Under the pieces are notes generated by a model that was not told the DNA's origin, did no database searches, and was given only the letters and a program-made list of their open reading frames with translations. From assembly GCA_963812015.1 (NCBI GenBank), contig CAWETI010000003.1:1920001-1984000 (forward strand): 64,000 nucleotides of DNA. Direction: 5' to 3'. Position numbers and translations under genes: made by a program. Shown piece by piece: positions 37,565 through 46,624 of the stretch. Source of the stretch: an uncultured delta proteobacterium (lineage in GTDB: Bacteria > Desulfobacterota > Desulfobaccia > Desulfobaccales > 0-14-0-80-60-11). Position 1 is the first letter of the stretch, and the number at the start of each line of letters is the position of its first letter.

Positions 37565-40500
37565 CTATGGCCTCGGGTGCGGGTGGTCGATAACCAACTT
37601 CTCAAAATAGCTTACTGCATCCGCTCGGGTCCAAAGCCCCACGAAACCCTGGAGGAGACGGTCGGCGCTATACTCCACTTTAAGCTCGCCATCAAGGTAG
37701 CCTTTAAGGGTGCGACCCTGCACCACCACGGAGATTTCATGCCACTCTCCCAGGGTGATGGTAGCCGCGACCTTGAACCGGAGGAAGCGCTTGTTGTTCA
37801 CATATTCAAAAAGCGCGAAGTTATCCTCCAGAGCGTTGATGCGGAGGACAAAGTAATTGCCCACGCCCCGGATGGCAAAGGCCAGGCCGGCCACTTGATC
37901 GATCTTGCCGGCCGATACCTGGGCCTTAACCCGGAGCACTGCGTCGGTGACGAAGCTTTCCTTGGCGATGGCCAGAGGGAAGTAAAAGTGGGCTCCGATA
38001 TTATCCAGAAATTCCTTATACTTGACGCCAACAATCCGGCCCATAAACGACGCCAGTCCTGATGACACCCCCCAGCCGTAACCGGAGCCATCTTCCAGGA
38101 TAAGACTGCGGCCCTCCTGCGTCACCCGTCGCCAAACCCCTGTAGGAGTGTAGAAATCCGGCAGGCGATTTTCCTGAGACAACCGGAAAAAATCGTAATC
38201 ACCGCGGAAAAAGGCAGCCACCATGCGGTCCACGTCTGCTTCGCTGGCGATGGCTACGTCCAGCAGGCGGCTGGCCCCCAGCAAACGTCCCAACTGGTCT
38301 AAAACGGCTTCCATCTCAGCTGCCGCCAGGCCACTCATTGAGGCATCCAAAAGGTCGCCAGTAATTCTCAGCTTGCAGCCCAGGTGGATCAGGACCTTCC
38401 CCAGGAAGCTCAGGCGCAGGGAGCGACCGGCCTGGGTACCGGCCCCGCCGGAGAATTGTAAAGAAAGATAGTTGTTTTCCGGCTTGTCCCCCATCATGAC
38501 GTCCAGGTTAGCGTAATGGTAGCCGAACTTGGCGCTGAGATTGGCATATTCCCGGGAAATAACCGCGAAGCTGTCCCCCCCGGGCAGCTCCCCTGGCCTC
38601 TGAGACATCCCCCGGGCCATGAGGGTGAGAAAGTCCCGAGTGCCCACGGTGATGCCCCCGGTCCAGTTGATCCCAGGGTGGGACAATCCCCGCCACACGG
38701 CCTTCATCGGCACGGACTCAAGGTTCTCCGAGGTCACCTCGTCGCAGGTGGTCAACCCTTTACTGAGCCCGCCGCCAAGGTCGATAAGGTAGAGCGGGAA
38801 GGGGATGTTGGTGGTGAGTCGAGCTGCCACGGTCTCCCCTGGGCCGGCCTCGGTCAGGCCGAACATCTCGTGCATGGCCCGTTCGTGGGCAAAACGGATG
38901 ACATCGTGCAGCGTCCGGCAGCCGGAAGGAGTAAAGTCCAAGGCCTGGGGATCAGTGAGGTTTAAGGGTGACAGTTTGTCCAGCACGGCTCGCAAGCGCT
39001 TATGCATGGGGCTGTTGATGATATGTTTCCGGGTTGGCCGAGCGTTTTCAGATAGAGAGCTCACCACCCCCTGGTAAACCGCCCCGGCGTCCGCCACCAG
39101 GGTGATCTCTTGGCCGTTCACCAGGGTCTGGGTGGCGGTAGCTGCATTCAGGAGGGCTGGAATGCCGAACTCCCGGGCCACGGAAGCCAAGTGGCTGGTA
39201 ATGCTCCCCACATCGGTGATGAGGCCCTTGATGCGTCCCATGAGGCTGGCGTAATCCGGTGACGCGGTCCGGGCTACCAGGATGGCGTTTTCCGGTGGCG
39301 TGGCGCTGCCCTCCCGGCTCGCCAGCCACACCACCCCGGCGGCCACGCCGGGGGAAGCAATTTTACCGCCGGCAAGCAACAGGGGGTGTCCCGGGATTTC
39401 CCGGGGTGCAGCCGGTTGCCGGCTTTTTCGCTGGATTAAGCCCAGAGGGCGGGACTGCAGAAAAAAGAGCCGGCCCTCCTGGTCCACAGCCCACTCCACA
39501 TCCTGCGGCCCCTGAAAATAGCGCTCCAGCTTCAGGCCCCCCTGGGCCAGGATGCGGATCAACTGGTCAGAAATGGCGGGGCGATCACGCTCTGCCTCGG
39601 GAGTATCCTCGAGGCTGAGGCCACCGCCAGGCTGGCTAACCAGTCGTCTGGCCTTGTTCCCGAGGCTCTGGTCCACCACGGTCAGAGTCTGCCGGTCTAC
39701 GAAGAATCCGTCCGGGGAGGTCTCACCACTCACCAGATACTCCCCCTGCCCCAGCACCGCACTGATCTTGAGCAATCCCGTTTCGGGTCGGGCCGGGTCC
39801 ACCGTGTATAGTACGCCGCTGGCCCGGGAATCCACCATGGTGATCCCGGCCACGCACATGGAGGTCTCCCGGTCATCCAGACCGTAGCGGAGCCGGTAAA
39901 GAATGGCCCGGGCGGCATACTTGCTGGCCACCACCTCCTGGTACGCCGGGAGAATCTCATTTTTCGTGACGTTGAGGCGGGTCGCGTATTGGCCGGCGAA
40001 AGAGGCCTTGGAGTCCTCTCCCACGGCACTGCTCCGCATGGCAATGCGTACTCCCCTTACGGTCCTGGCCTCCAGGGTCTCGTAAGCTGCCAAAATTTGT
40101 TCCGCCAGGACCGAGGGAATCGTAGCCTCCAGGATCATTGCCTGGATTTCCCGGCTTCCGGTTTCCACCTCCTCCAGGTTGTTGGGATCAATTGATGCCA
40201 GGAGGGTCTCGATGACCCGTATCAGCCGAGCTTCTTCCAGGAACCGGCCGAAGCCCATGGCGGTAACTACAAACCCCGGTGGAACCGGTAAGCCAACCCG
40301 CCGGGCCATGAGTGCCAGGTTGGTGGCCTTGCCCCCCGCCTCACCATAGGACGCGGCACTCAAAGCTTCCAGGGGGAGGACCAGCGGGCCCATCAGGCAG
40401 TGGGGGGGCGGGTAGTAGAGGGGGGCAATCTCCTGGGCCAGCCGGTCCACTACCCCCATCAAGGGGGCATAGCGGCCGCGCCCCATGCCGTCCAGGGCCT

Positions 40501-40732
40501 CTGCCAGCCGGTGGGTGGAGATCAGCAGATCCTGGGTCTGTTCTTCCACCTCCCGCATGTTAAAGGGCGCCCCGGTAAAATAGATCTGCTCCAGCTCCGC
40601 CAAGCGCTGTAAGGCAACGTAGTTGTGTCCGAGAAACTCTTTGAATAGGCGGTACTTTTCTACGATTTCGCCATCAAGGTTGACCAGCAAGCGGCAGGCT
40701 TTGTTGGTGGAAAAAAGGTCGATGATTTTCAA
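37565..40732 (-). CDS. PEP/pyruvate-binding (PPDK-N) plus PEP-utilising His-domain protein with C-terminal beta-sandwich
   Basis: GGKATNL, RSSAVGED..SFAGQY, DVEWA, LQSRPL, GSITSHLASVAREFGIP. TTG start. Confidence 0.88.
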   Translation of the reverse strand: MKIIDLFSTNKACRLLVNLDGEIVEKYRLFKEFLGHNYVALQRLAELEQIYFTGAPFNMREVEEQTQDLLISTHRLAEALDGMGRGRYAPLMGVVDRLAQEIAPLYYPPPHCLMGPLVLPLEALSAASYGEAGGKATNLALMARRVGLPVPPGFVVTAMGFGRFLEEARLIRVIETLLASIDPNNLEEVETGSREIQAMILEATIPSVLAEQILAAYETLEARTVRGVRIAMRSSAVGEDSKASFAGQYATRLNVTKNEILPAYQEVVASKYAARAILYRLRYGLDDRETSMCVAGITMVDSRASGVLYTVDPARPETGLLKISAVLGQGEYLVSGETSPDGFFVDRQTLTVVDQSLGNKARRLVSQPGGGLSLEDTPEAERDRPAISDQLIRILAQGGLKLERYFQGPQDVEWAVDQEGRLFFLQSRPLGLIQRKSRQPAAPREIPGHPLLLAGGKIASPGVAAGVVWLASREGSATPPENAILVARTASPDYASLMGRIKGLITDVGSITSHLASVAREFGIPALLNAATATQTLVNGQEITLVADAGAVYQGVVSSLSENARPTRKHIINSPMHKRLRAVLDKLSPLNLTDPQALDFTPSGCRTLHDVIRFAHERAMHEMFGLTEAGPGETVAARLTTNIPFPLYLIDLGGGLSKGLTTCDEVTSENLESVPMKAVWRGLSHPGINWTGGITVGTRDFLTLMARGMSQRPGELPGGDSFAVISREYANLSAKFGYHYANLDVMMGDKPENNYLSLQFSGGAGTQAGRSLRLSFLGKVLIHLGCKLRITGDLLDASMSGLAAAEMEAVLDQLGRLLGASRLLDVAIASEADVDRMVAAFFRGDYDFFRLSQENRLPDFYTPTGVWRRVTQEGRSLILEDGSGYGWGVSSGLASFMGRIVGVKYKEFLDNIGAHFYFPLAIAKESFVTDAVLRVKAQVSAGKIDQVAGLAFAIRGVGNYFVLRINALEDNFALFEYVNNKRFLRFKVAATITLGEWHEISVVVQGRTLKGYLDGELKVEYSADRLLQGFVGLWTRADAVSYFEKLVIDHPHPRP

Positions 40733-41131
40733 CGGTGACTCCGCGGTCAGATAGATATCTCTTCACCCCGACGGGCCCGAGACCAGCCCGGTTGCTTTAT
40801 GACGGGGTTAACGGCTTGCCTTCTGGGGAAATTATACCCTGAATTTATCGACCTGCGTACCCTACGTTTACCGACTTATGCCCTGAGGAGACCTGATAGG
40901 AGAAATCTTGTCTGCGCTCCTGGTCTGATTATGGGTCCCATCCCTGGGGTCGCACAAATATCGGTCTTGGTAACTAAGCAGAAAATCCGGGCTTGCAGTG
41001 GGACATCCCAAAAGCTGAGGGCGCCGCGGATACTCTAAATTTTTTCTGGTTTCTGACGATATAGGAAAAGGAGGCGTTCAAATTGATGGTGACCCAGGTC
41101 TTATGTTAACAACTGGAGTTATTATTACCAT

Positions 41132-41330
41132 CTAGTGGAGCGTTTCACAATTAACTGGACATAAAAGCAGGGTCGGAGCACCGGACTTGGCAGGTTAAGT
41201 CCCCCTTTGAAGAAGGGGGATTTAGGGGGATTTCAGACGCTTATAAAAATCCCCCCTGGTCCCCCTTTAGGAAAGGGGGGGAAAAGACCGGTTTTTACCT
41301 TGTTACTTTAATTTTAAAACACAGCACTAG
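41132..41330. mobile_element. MITE-like element, 199 bp, with CTAG ends
   Basis: Imperfect terminal inverted repeats, CTAGTGGAGCGTTTCACAATTAA vs reverse-complemented CTAGTGCTGTGTTTTAAAATTAA (18/23). Internal CCCCCTTT/AAGGGGG palindromes. Confidence 0.6.
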
Positions 41331-41547
41331 CCAAGAAACGGTGAGTACGATAGCGAGTACCTTGCCACGATCAAGCCTTCTCAAAAATCCCAGACTGTTG
41401 TGGATATGATCCCCATATCGAAATGGGGAGCCCGGAGTGGGGCACAATATGACAAGGGGATCGAGGGTTTTCCTCCTTTCCCGCTCGCCACGCCCCTGCC
41501 CCTGAATGGCGCCTCTCCGGCCATAAGCCCCTGGTCAACCCCGCCGG

Positions 41548-44500
41548 TCATACCAAAGCATCCATCAGTTCCCTGGCATGCTTCAGGTAGGCTTCGAAGC
41601 CACATTCTTCAAAGACCCGGATGGCCTCCGAGACATACTCCCTGGCCTTGGCTCGTCGCCCTCTAAATTTAAAGAGCACCCCCAACTGCAGACAGGGTTG
41701 CCCCAAGAACCCCCGGGCTCCCGTTTGTCTAGCCAATTGCACGGCCTTGGTCAGGTGCCGCTCGGCTTTTTTACCCGCAAAAGGAAGATTCTTGATGAGA
41801 AAACCAAAGTTCTTGCAAAAGGCGGCGAGGCCCTTTTTACCGGACCTCTGGGCGATCTGTAAGAAGATACTGCCCAAGATGAACTCGGACAAACTGGCGA
41901 ACACGCTCCTTTGAAACTCCATGAATTCGCGGCTGACACTCTCGACCAGCCTGATACCTTGGGCTAACTGGCCCTGGGCCGCCAAAGCCACGCCCAAGAA
42001 CAGGTTGGCGGTGGTCTTCAGGTATTCGGTCTGTTCGGTTTCACTGTAGGCGATCACCTGGGTTAGCAGATCTTCGGCCCGCTCAAACTCCCGCCTCTGC
42101 ACCAGAAACATACCAAGTAAAAGCTTGCCGAATATCGCATGGTACGGGTCCCCATGGGTAATGACTTTCTGGGTATGCTCCACGGCCGGTTCCATATCCA
42201 GATCCACGAAATGCCGGAAACCCATGAGCAAATTTCCCACCATCTGGCAGCGGAGACTCGAAATCTTCTGGCCATAGTCTAAAAGGCCCTGGGCGCTCTC
42301 GTGAAGCCTCTGCCGGTCACCGAGGAACCAGCCGATGTAGCCTTTGCCGGAGTAATACGTTATATAGAAAAAGGGGTCGGAGGCAAAGAGTTCCAGCATG
42401 TCCTGGGTGCGCTGCTCAAACCTGACCGCCTCTTCCAGGTAGCCCATTTCCGCGCAGGTCTTGATGAGAAAGCTGCACGCCAAACCGATGACCTGCTGGT
42501 TGCCGGTCTGGTCGCCCAGGGCCAGGGCCTGGTGCAGGTACCGGTAAGAATCCCTAAGTTTGGCCCCCTGCCAAAAAGTTGCATGTCCCAACCAGGCGTA
42601 ATACGCCCCTACCCTGGCTTTATCATCCAAAGATTCAGCTAACTCCACATGGCCCAAGAGCTGTTCGGCCATGGCCTCGAAACGGCCCTGATAATAAAAG
42701 ACCATGCACCACTCTATCAAAAGATCAATGAGGAGAACGTCTTCCGGTTTTGATCTGGATTGATTTTGGGAAAGCAAGCCATGAGCTTCCCGGTAATACT
42801 GGTTTGCTTCTTCAAGGGCATAGCGTTTGACACTCTTTTCTCCGGACTTTACCAGGTAATCCACGGCCTTGTGGACCGAGCGGCCCCGTTTGAAGTGAAA
42901 GGCCAAGGTCTCCCAAGACTCCAACGACCTTTCCCGGCAGAACTTTTCCAAGGCGAGGCCGACGCGCTCATGGATATTCTGGCGTTGCTTTTTGAGAAGC
43001 CCGTCATAGACGGCTTCCTGAATCAAGGCATGTTTGAAATAGTACTCCACGTCCGGGTGGGTTGACCCGACCCGAATCAAATCAAGCTCCTGCAACCGAT
43101 GCAGGTGTTGGTCGATGGGCTCTTCCTGGGTGGTTATGCTCTCCAGGATTTCATAGTAAAACGTCCGACCAATGACCGAGGCCTCCTGCAGGAGTTCTTT
43201 GGCGGCCGCGTCCAGGCGATCCAGCCTTGCCGTAATAACCCCCTGGATGGTGGCCGGCACCATGATTTCCTGGCTGGTTCCGGTGAAGCGCCAGTCTCCG
43301 TCATGGGCTACGAGTATGCCGGACTCGATGAGGGAGTTGACCACTTCCTCCACATAGAAGGGATTGCCCCCCACCTTCGCTTGCATAACCTGCTGCAAGG
43401 GCAAAGGGATGGCCTCGGTTCTCAGCAGGGAACCCACCAGCAGCTGGGTTTCCGAAGGTAAGAGATCTTTAAGTCGCACCTCTCGGTACGAATCCCCCAT
43501 CGCCCGGATGTGGTCTGGGGAAAAGATGGTAAGCGGCGGCCGGTAGATGCACAAGAACAGCGCTGGATAGTTTAATTTGGCCAACAGTAAACGCAACAGT
43601 TCCAGGGACGACGGGTCGGCCCAGTGCAGATCCTCCAGGCTGATGATCGTCGGCCCCCGGCGCACCAAAGCCCCCATCAACGTCAGGAACGCCCTATGCA
43701 AATGGGCCTTCCAGGCGTCGGGATTGATATCCACCGCCTCAAGATAGGGAATCGACAGAATCTCCCCCAAGTAGGGCAGCACCGCATCTCCATCACCCAT
43801 GATGGTTTTGACCATGCTTTCCGCTTTTTCCCTGGCCAGCTCAGGCGGATCGCTTTCCTCGATCTTAAACGTCCGGTTAAGGAGATCGATCAGCGGGTAG
43901 TAGGGGACATTTTGAGCGTAGGCATAGGCGTGACCTTCGTACCACTTGATTGAGGCCGGGTCCAGGCGGGACTTGAATTCCTCAATAAGCCGGCTCTTCC
44001 CGGTTCCCGCCTCCCCAAAAATAGAGATGACCGAGCCTTTGCCTTCCAGCAGGTTGCCCACGGCTTTTTCCAGTCGCGCCATTTCCCTGTCTCGCCCGAT
44101 CAAATCCGCTCGCAGGCCGGAGATTCGATGCGTCTTGCTGGGCAATTCCTTGGCGCCTAAAACCCGGTAGACCTGCACCGGCTTGGTTCGGTTTTTGACT
44201 TTGACCGGCTCAAGCCGTTCAAAGAAAAAAAATCCTTCCGCCAGGCCAGAGGTGATATGTCCCACCAGGGTCTCGTCGGCTTTGGCCAGGCCGCACAACC
44301 TCGAGGCCACATTAACGGTATCCCCCGCCACCTGGTGGGTGCCGTCGTCGGAGTGGATTTCCCCGGTCACCACCAGCCCGGTATTGATACCGATATGCAC
44401 GGCTAAGGGCTGGCCGATGCGGGCCTGGAATTTCAGACTGAGGGCTCCCATGGTCCGGTGAATCTCTTGGGCGGCCCGGATGGCCCTGATGGGATCATCT

Positions 44501-44895
44501 TCATGCGACCAGGGTATGCCAAACAGGGCCATCACCGCGTCTCCGGCAAACTTCTCGATGGAGCCCTCGTATTTGAGAATAACTTTCGAAACTGCCTCGA
44601 AAAGATGGCTCATAATATCTTTAATTTCTTCCGGATCCAATCTTTCCGCCAAGGCGGTGTAGCCCGAGACGTCCGCGAACAGGGCGGTAATGTGCCGGCG
44701 TTCACTGGCGACCTTCTTGCCCTTGGGCGCCGATCTTTCCGGGGCCTTGAATGCAAACCCGCATTCCCCACAGAATTGGTCATTCCGGAGGACGAGGGTT
44801 CCGCAGTTCGGGCAGCTCAGGTGCAGTTGAATCCCGCACACCCGGCAAAACTTCTGGGTCTCTTCCTGGTCGCTATGGCATTCCGGGCACTTCAT
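41548..44895 (-). CDS. Class III adenylate/guanylate cyclase with double zinc ribbon, AAA (STAND) ATPase and TPR-like domains
   Basis: Four CxxC, LFADVSGYT, KFAGDAVMALFG, GDTVNVASRL, GEAGTGKSRL, LEDLHWAD, GGNPFYVEE. Confidence 0.93.
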   Translation of the reverse strand: MKCPECHSDQEETQKFCRVCGIQLHLSCPNCGTLVLRNDQFCGECGFAFKAPERSAPKGKKVASERRHITALFADVSGYTALAERLDPEEIKDIMSHLFEAVSKVILKYEGSIEKFAGDAVMALFGIPWSHEDDPIRAIRAAQEIHRTMGALSLKFQARIGQPLAVHIGINTGLVVTGEIHSDDGTHQVAGDTVNVASRLCGLAKADETLVGHITSGLAEGFFFFERLEPVKVKNRTKPVQVYRVLGAKELPSKTHRISGLRADLIGRDREMARLEKAVGNLLEGKGSVISIFGEAGTGKSRLIEEFKSRLDPASIKWYEGHAYAYAQNVPYYPLIDLLNRTFKIEESDPPELAREKAESMVKTIMGDGDAVLPYLGEILSIPYLEAVDINPDAWKAHLHRAFLTLMGALVRRGPTIISLEDLHWADPSSLELLRLLLAKLNYPALFLCIYRPPLTIFSPDHIRAMGDSYREVRLKDLLPSETQLLVGSLLRTEAIPLPLQQVMQAKVGGNPFYVEEVVNSLIESGILVAHDGDWRFTGTSQEIMVPATIQGVITARLDRLDAAAKELLQEASVIGRTFYYEILESITTQEEPIDQHLHRLQELDLIRVGSTHPDVEYYFKHALIQEAVYDGLLKKQRQNIHERVGLALEKFCRERSLESWETLAFHFKRGRSVHKAVDYLVKSGEKSVKRYALEEANQYYREAHGLLSQNQSRSKPEDVLLIDLLIEWCMVFYYQGRFEAMAEQLLGHVELAESLDDKARVGAYYAWLGHATFWQGAKLRDSYRYLHQALALGDQTGNQQVIGLACSFLIKTCAEMGYLEEAVRFEQRTQDMLELFASDPFFYITYYSGKGYIGWFLGDRQRLHESAQGLLDYGQKISSLRCQMVGNLLMGFRHFVDLDMEPAVEHTQKVITHGDPYHAIFGKLLLGMFLVQRREFERAEDLLTQVIAYSETEQTEYLKTTANLFLGVALAAQGQLAQGIRLVESVSREFMEFQRSVFASLSEFILGSIFLQIAQRSGKKGLAAFCKNFGFLIKNLPFAGKKAERHLTKAVQLARQTGARGFLGQPCLQLGVLFKFRGRRAKAREYVSEAIRVFEECGFEAYLKHARELMDALV

Positions 44896-45077
44896 GGCTT
44901 GGCCTTACGCCCTGGCTGTTTGGTTTCAGACCTGCAACAAGCTGGAATCCACCTGGCAATTTACGGAGTATCCCGGGGGACCCCCCCGCCCCCCGGTCGG
45001 CACGCTGTAAAAGATGGGGCATTCCTCGCCGGTTCGTCACCGCCTAGTTTGGGGCACTCTTCCTTCGCCCCGAACCT

Positions 45078-45983
45078 TCAAGAGACCACGAGTTCAGCCC
45101 AGGAAAAAATTTCCCGGCACTGCTGCTCCGCGGCTGAAGACATCAGCCGCCTGGAAAGACCGGCAGGAACGGACTTGCCGACACGCGCCGCTTTGGCATA
45201 ACCGGTGGGGTTGTAAGGGAGCAGGGAACACCGGGTTACCCCAAGTGGCTGCAACAGGCGAGAGATCGCCTTAAGATTCCGGGCCGAAGCCGTCATGCCG
45301 GGGATGAGCGGAATACGGGGAAGCACGGCCTGGGGCCGGGCTGCCAGCAGCCTGGCCAGGTTTGCCAGAATGACGCGGTTTTTTCGGCCGGTGTATTTCA
45401 GATGCTCTTCTGGATTGGCGATTTTGACGTCGAACATGATCAGGTCCAGGTAGTCCAGGACCTGCTTGAATGCCGACCAGGCAAACAGACCGTTGGTCTG
45501 GATGGCCGTATGAATCCCTTGCTGTTTGAGGGCCTGGAGGAGGGGGGCGAGATAGGCCAGGTGGAGGGTGGGCTCCCCGCCAGAGAAGGTGACCCCGCCG
45601 CCGGAAACTTCATAAAACACCCGGTCCCGGAGGAGTTTGGCGGTCAACTCCTCCACGGGGAAAAACTCACCGATGCACCGCAACCCCCCGCCGGGGCAAG
45701 CCCGGACACAATCGCCGCAACCGTCGCAGCGGCTGCGGTCGATGCGGGCCGGGTGGTCCAGGCTGAGGGCCCCGCGCCCGCAGGCTGCCACACAATCGCC
45801 GCAACGGATACAATCGGCGGCCGAAAAGCTGATTTCCACCCCCGCCTGGATGGACTCGGGATTCTGACACCATCGGCACCTAAGCTGGCATCCTTTGAAG
45901 AACACGGTCGTGCGAATGCCAGGCCCATCCTCCAGGGCGTGCCTTTTGATATCGAAGATCGAAGGGCCTTCGGTTGTTTCCAT
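45078..45983 (-). CDS. Glycyl-radical enzyme activase (radical SAM with ferredoxin insert)
   Basis: DGPGIRTTVFFKGCQLRCRWCQNPES, two CxxCxxCxxxC motifs, GGVTFSGGEP, RIPLIPG. Confidence 0.95.
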   Translation of the reverse strand: METTEGPSIFDIKRHALEDGPGIRTTVFFKGCQLRCRWCQNPESIQAGVEISFSAADCIRCGDCVAACGRGALSLDHPARIDRSRCDGCGDCVRACPGGGLRCIGEFFPVEELTAKLLRDRVFYEVSGGGVTFSGGEPTLHLAYLAPLLQALKQQGIHTAIQTNGLFAWSAFKQVLDYLDLIMFDVKIANPEEHLKYTGRKNRVILANLARLLAARPQAVLPRIPLIPGMTASARNLKAISRLLQPLGVTRCSLLPYNPTGYAKAARVGKSVPAGLSRRLMSSAAEQQCREIFSWAELVVS

Positions 45984-46564
45984 CAGGGCAGATCGCCGGT
46001 CGCCTCCAGGAGCATGTGATTGGCCATAAAGAGAAATTTGTACAGGTAATTTAAGTTGCCGCTCACCCGAATTTCGTTGTTAATAATACTTTGCAAAAAA
46101 TCCCGGCTTTGTAAGACCACATAATTGAACAAATAATTGATCAGGGCTTGCCCGTCCTTGAACTCGAGGGTGGCGTTCACGTCCTCGCTGAGGGATTTTT
46201 CCCAATCCATCTGCCCATCATGAAACTTGACCAGGACGTTGATATCGCCGGACTTGCTGCGAAACTGATAGTCCGCGTCAAACTTGTCGAGATTCTGCCG
46301 GTAGTCCGAGCCGATAATGATCGGGTCAATCAGAAATCTGGTTTTCATAAGGAGGAGCAGCCCTTCCATGATGTTTTCGGCGGCCTCGGCCTCCAGAGTG
46401 TCGAGAAACTTTTTGACCGCGTTTTTCCAAATCTGGAGGGCTTGCGGTGGCTCCCATTGGCTGAGGAATCTCCCCACCGTCCTGTCCCAATCCTGCCGAG
46501 CGTCCTCCAGGCTCAATCCGTGAGGCAATCCTACGAAGTCAAAGATCTCCGAGAAATTGAGCAT
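45983..46564 (-). CDS. Hypothetical protein with SCP2 (sterol-carrier)-like C-terminal domain
   Basis: YQFRS..INVLVKFHDGQM..NATLEFKD..IINNEIRVSGNLNYLYKF resembles the SCP2 fold pattern. Its stop overlaps the activase ATG. Confidence 0.7.
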   Translation of the reverse strand: MLNFSEIFDFVGLPHGLSLEDARQDWDRTVGRFLSQWEPPQALQIWKNAVKKFLDTLEAEAAENIMEGLLLLMKTRFLIDPIIIGSDYRQNLDKFDADYQFRSKSGDINVLVKFHDGQMDWEKSLSEDVNATLEFKDGQALINYLFNYVVLQSRDFLQSIINNEIRVSGNLNYLYKFLFMANHMLLEATGDLP

Positions 46565-46624
46565 ATGAGCCTCCCCAAGTGTGCTTTGGGGCCGGCGTGC
46601 ACCAGCCGGCTAAATCCTCATCCT

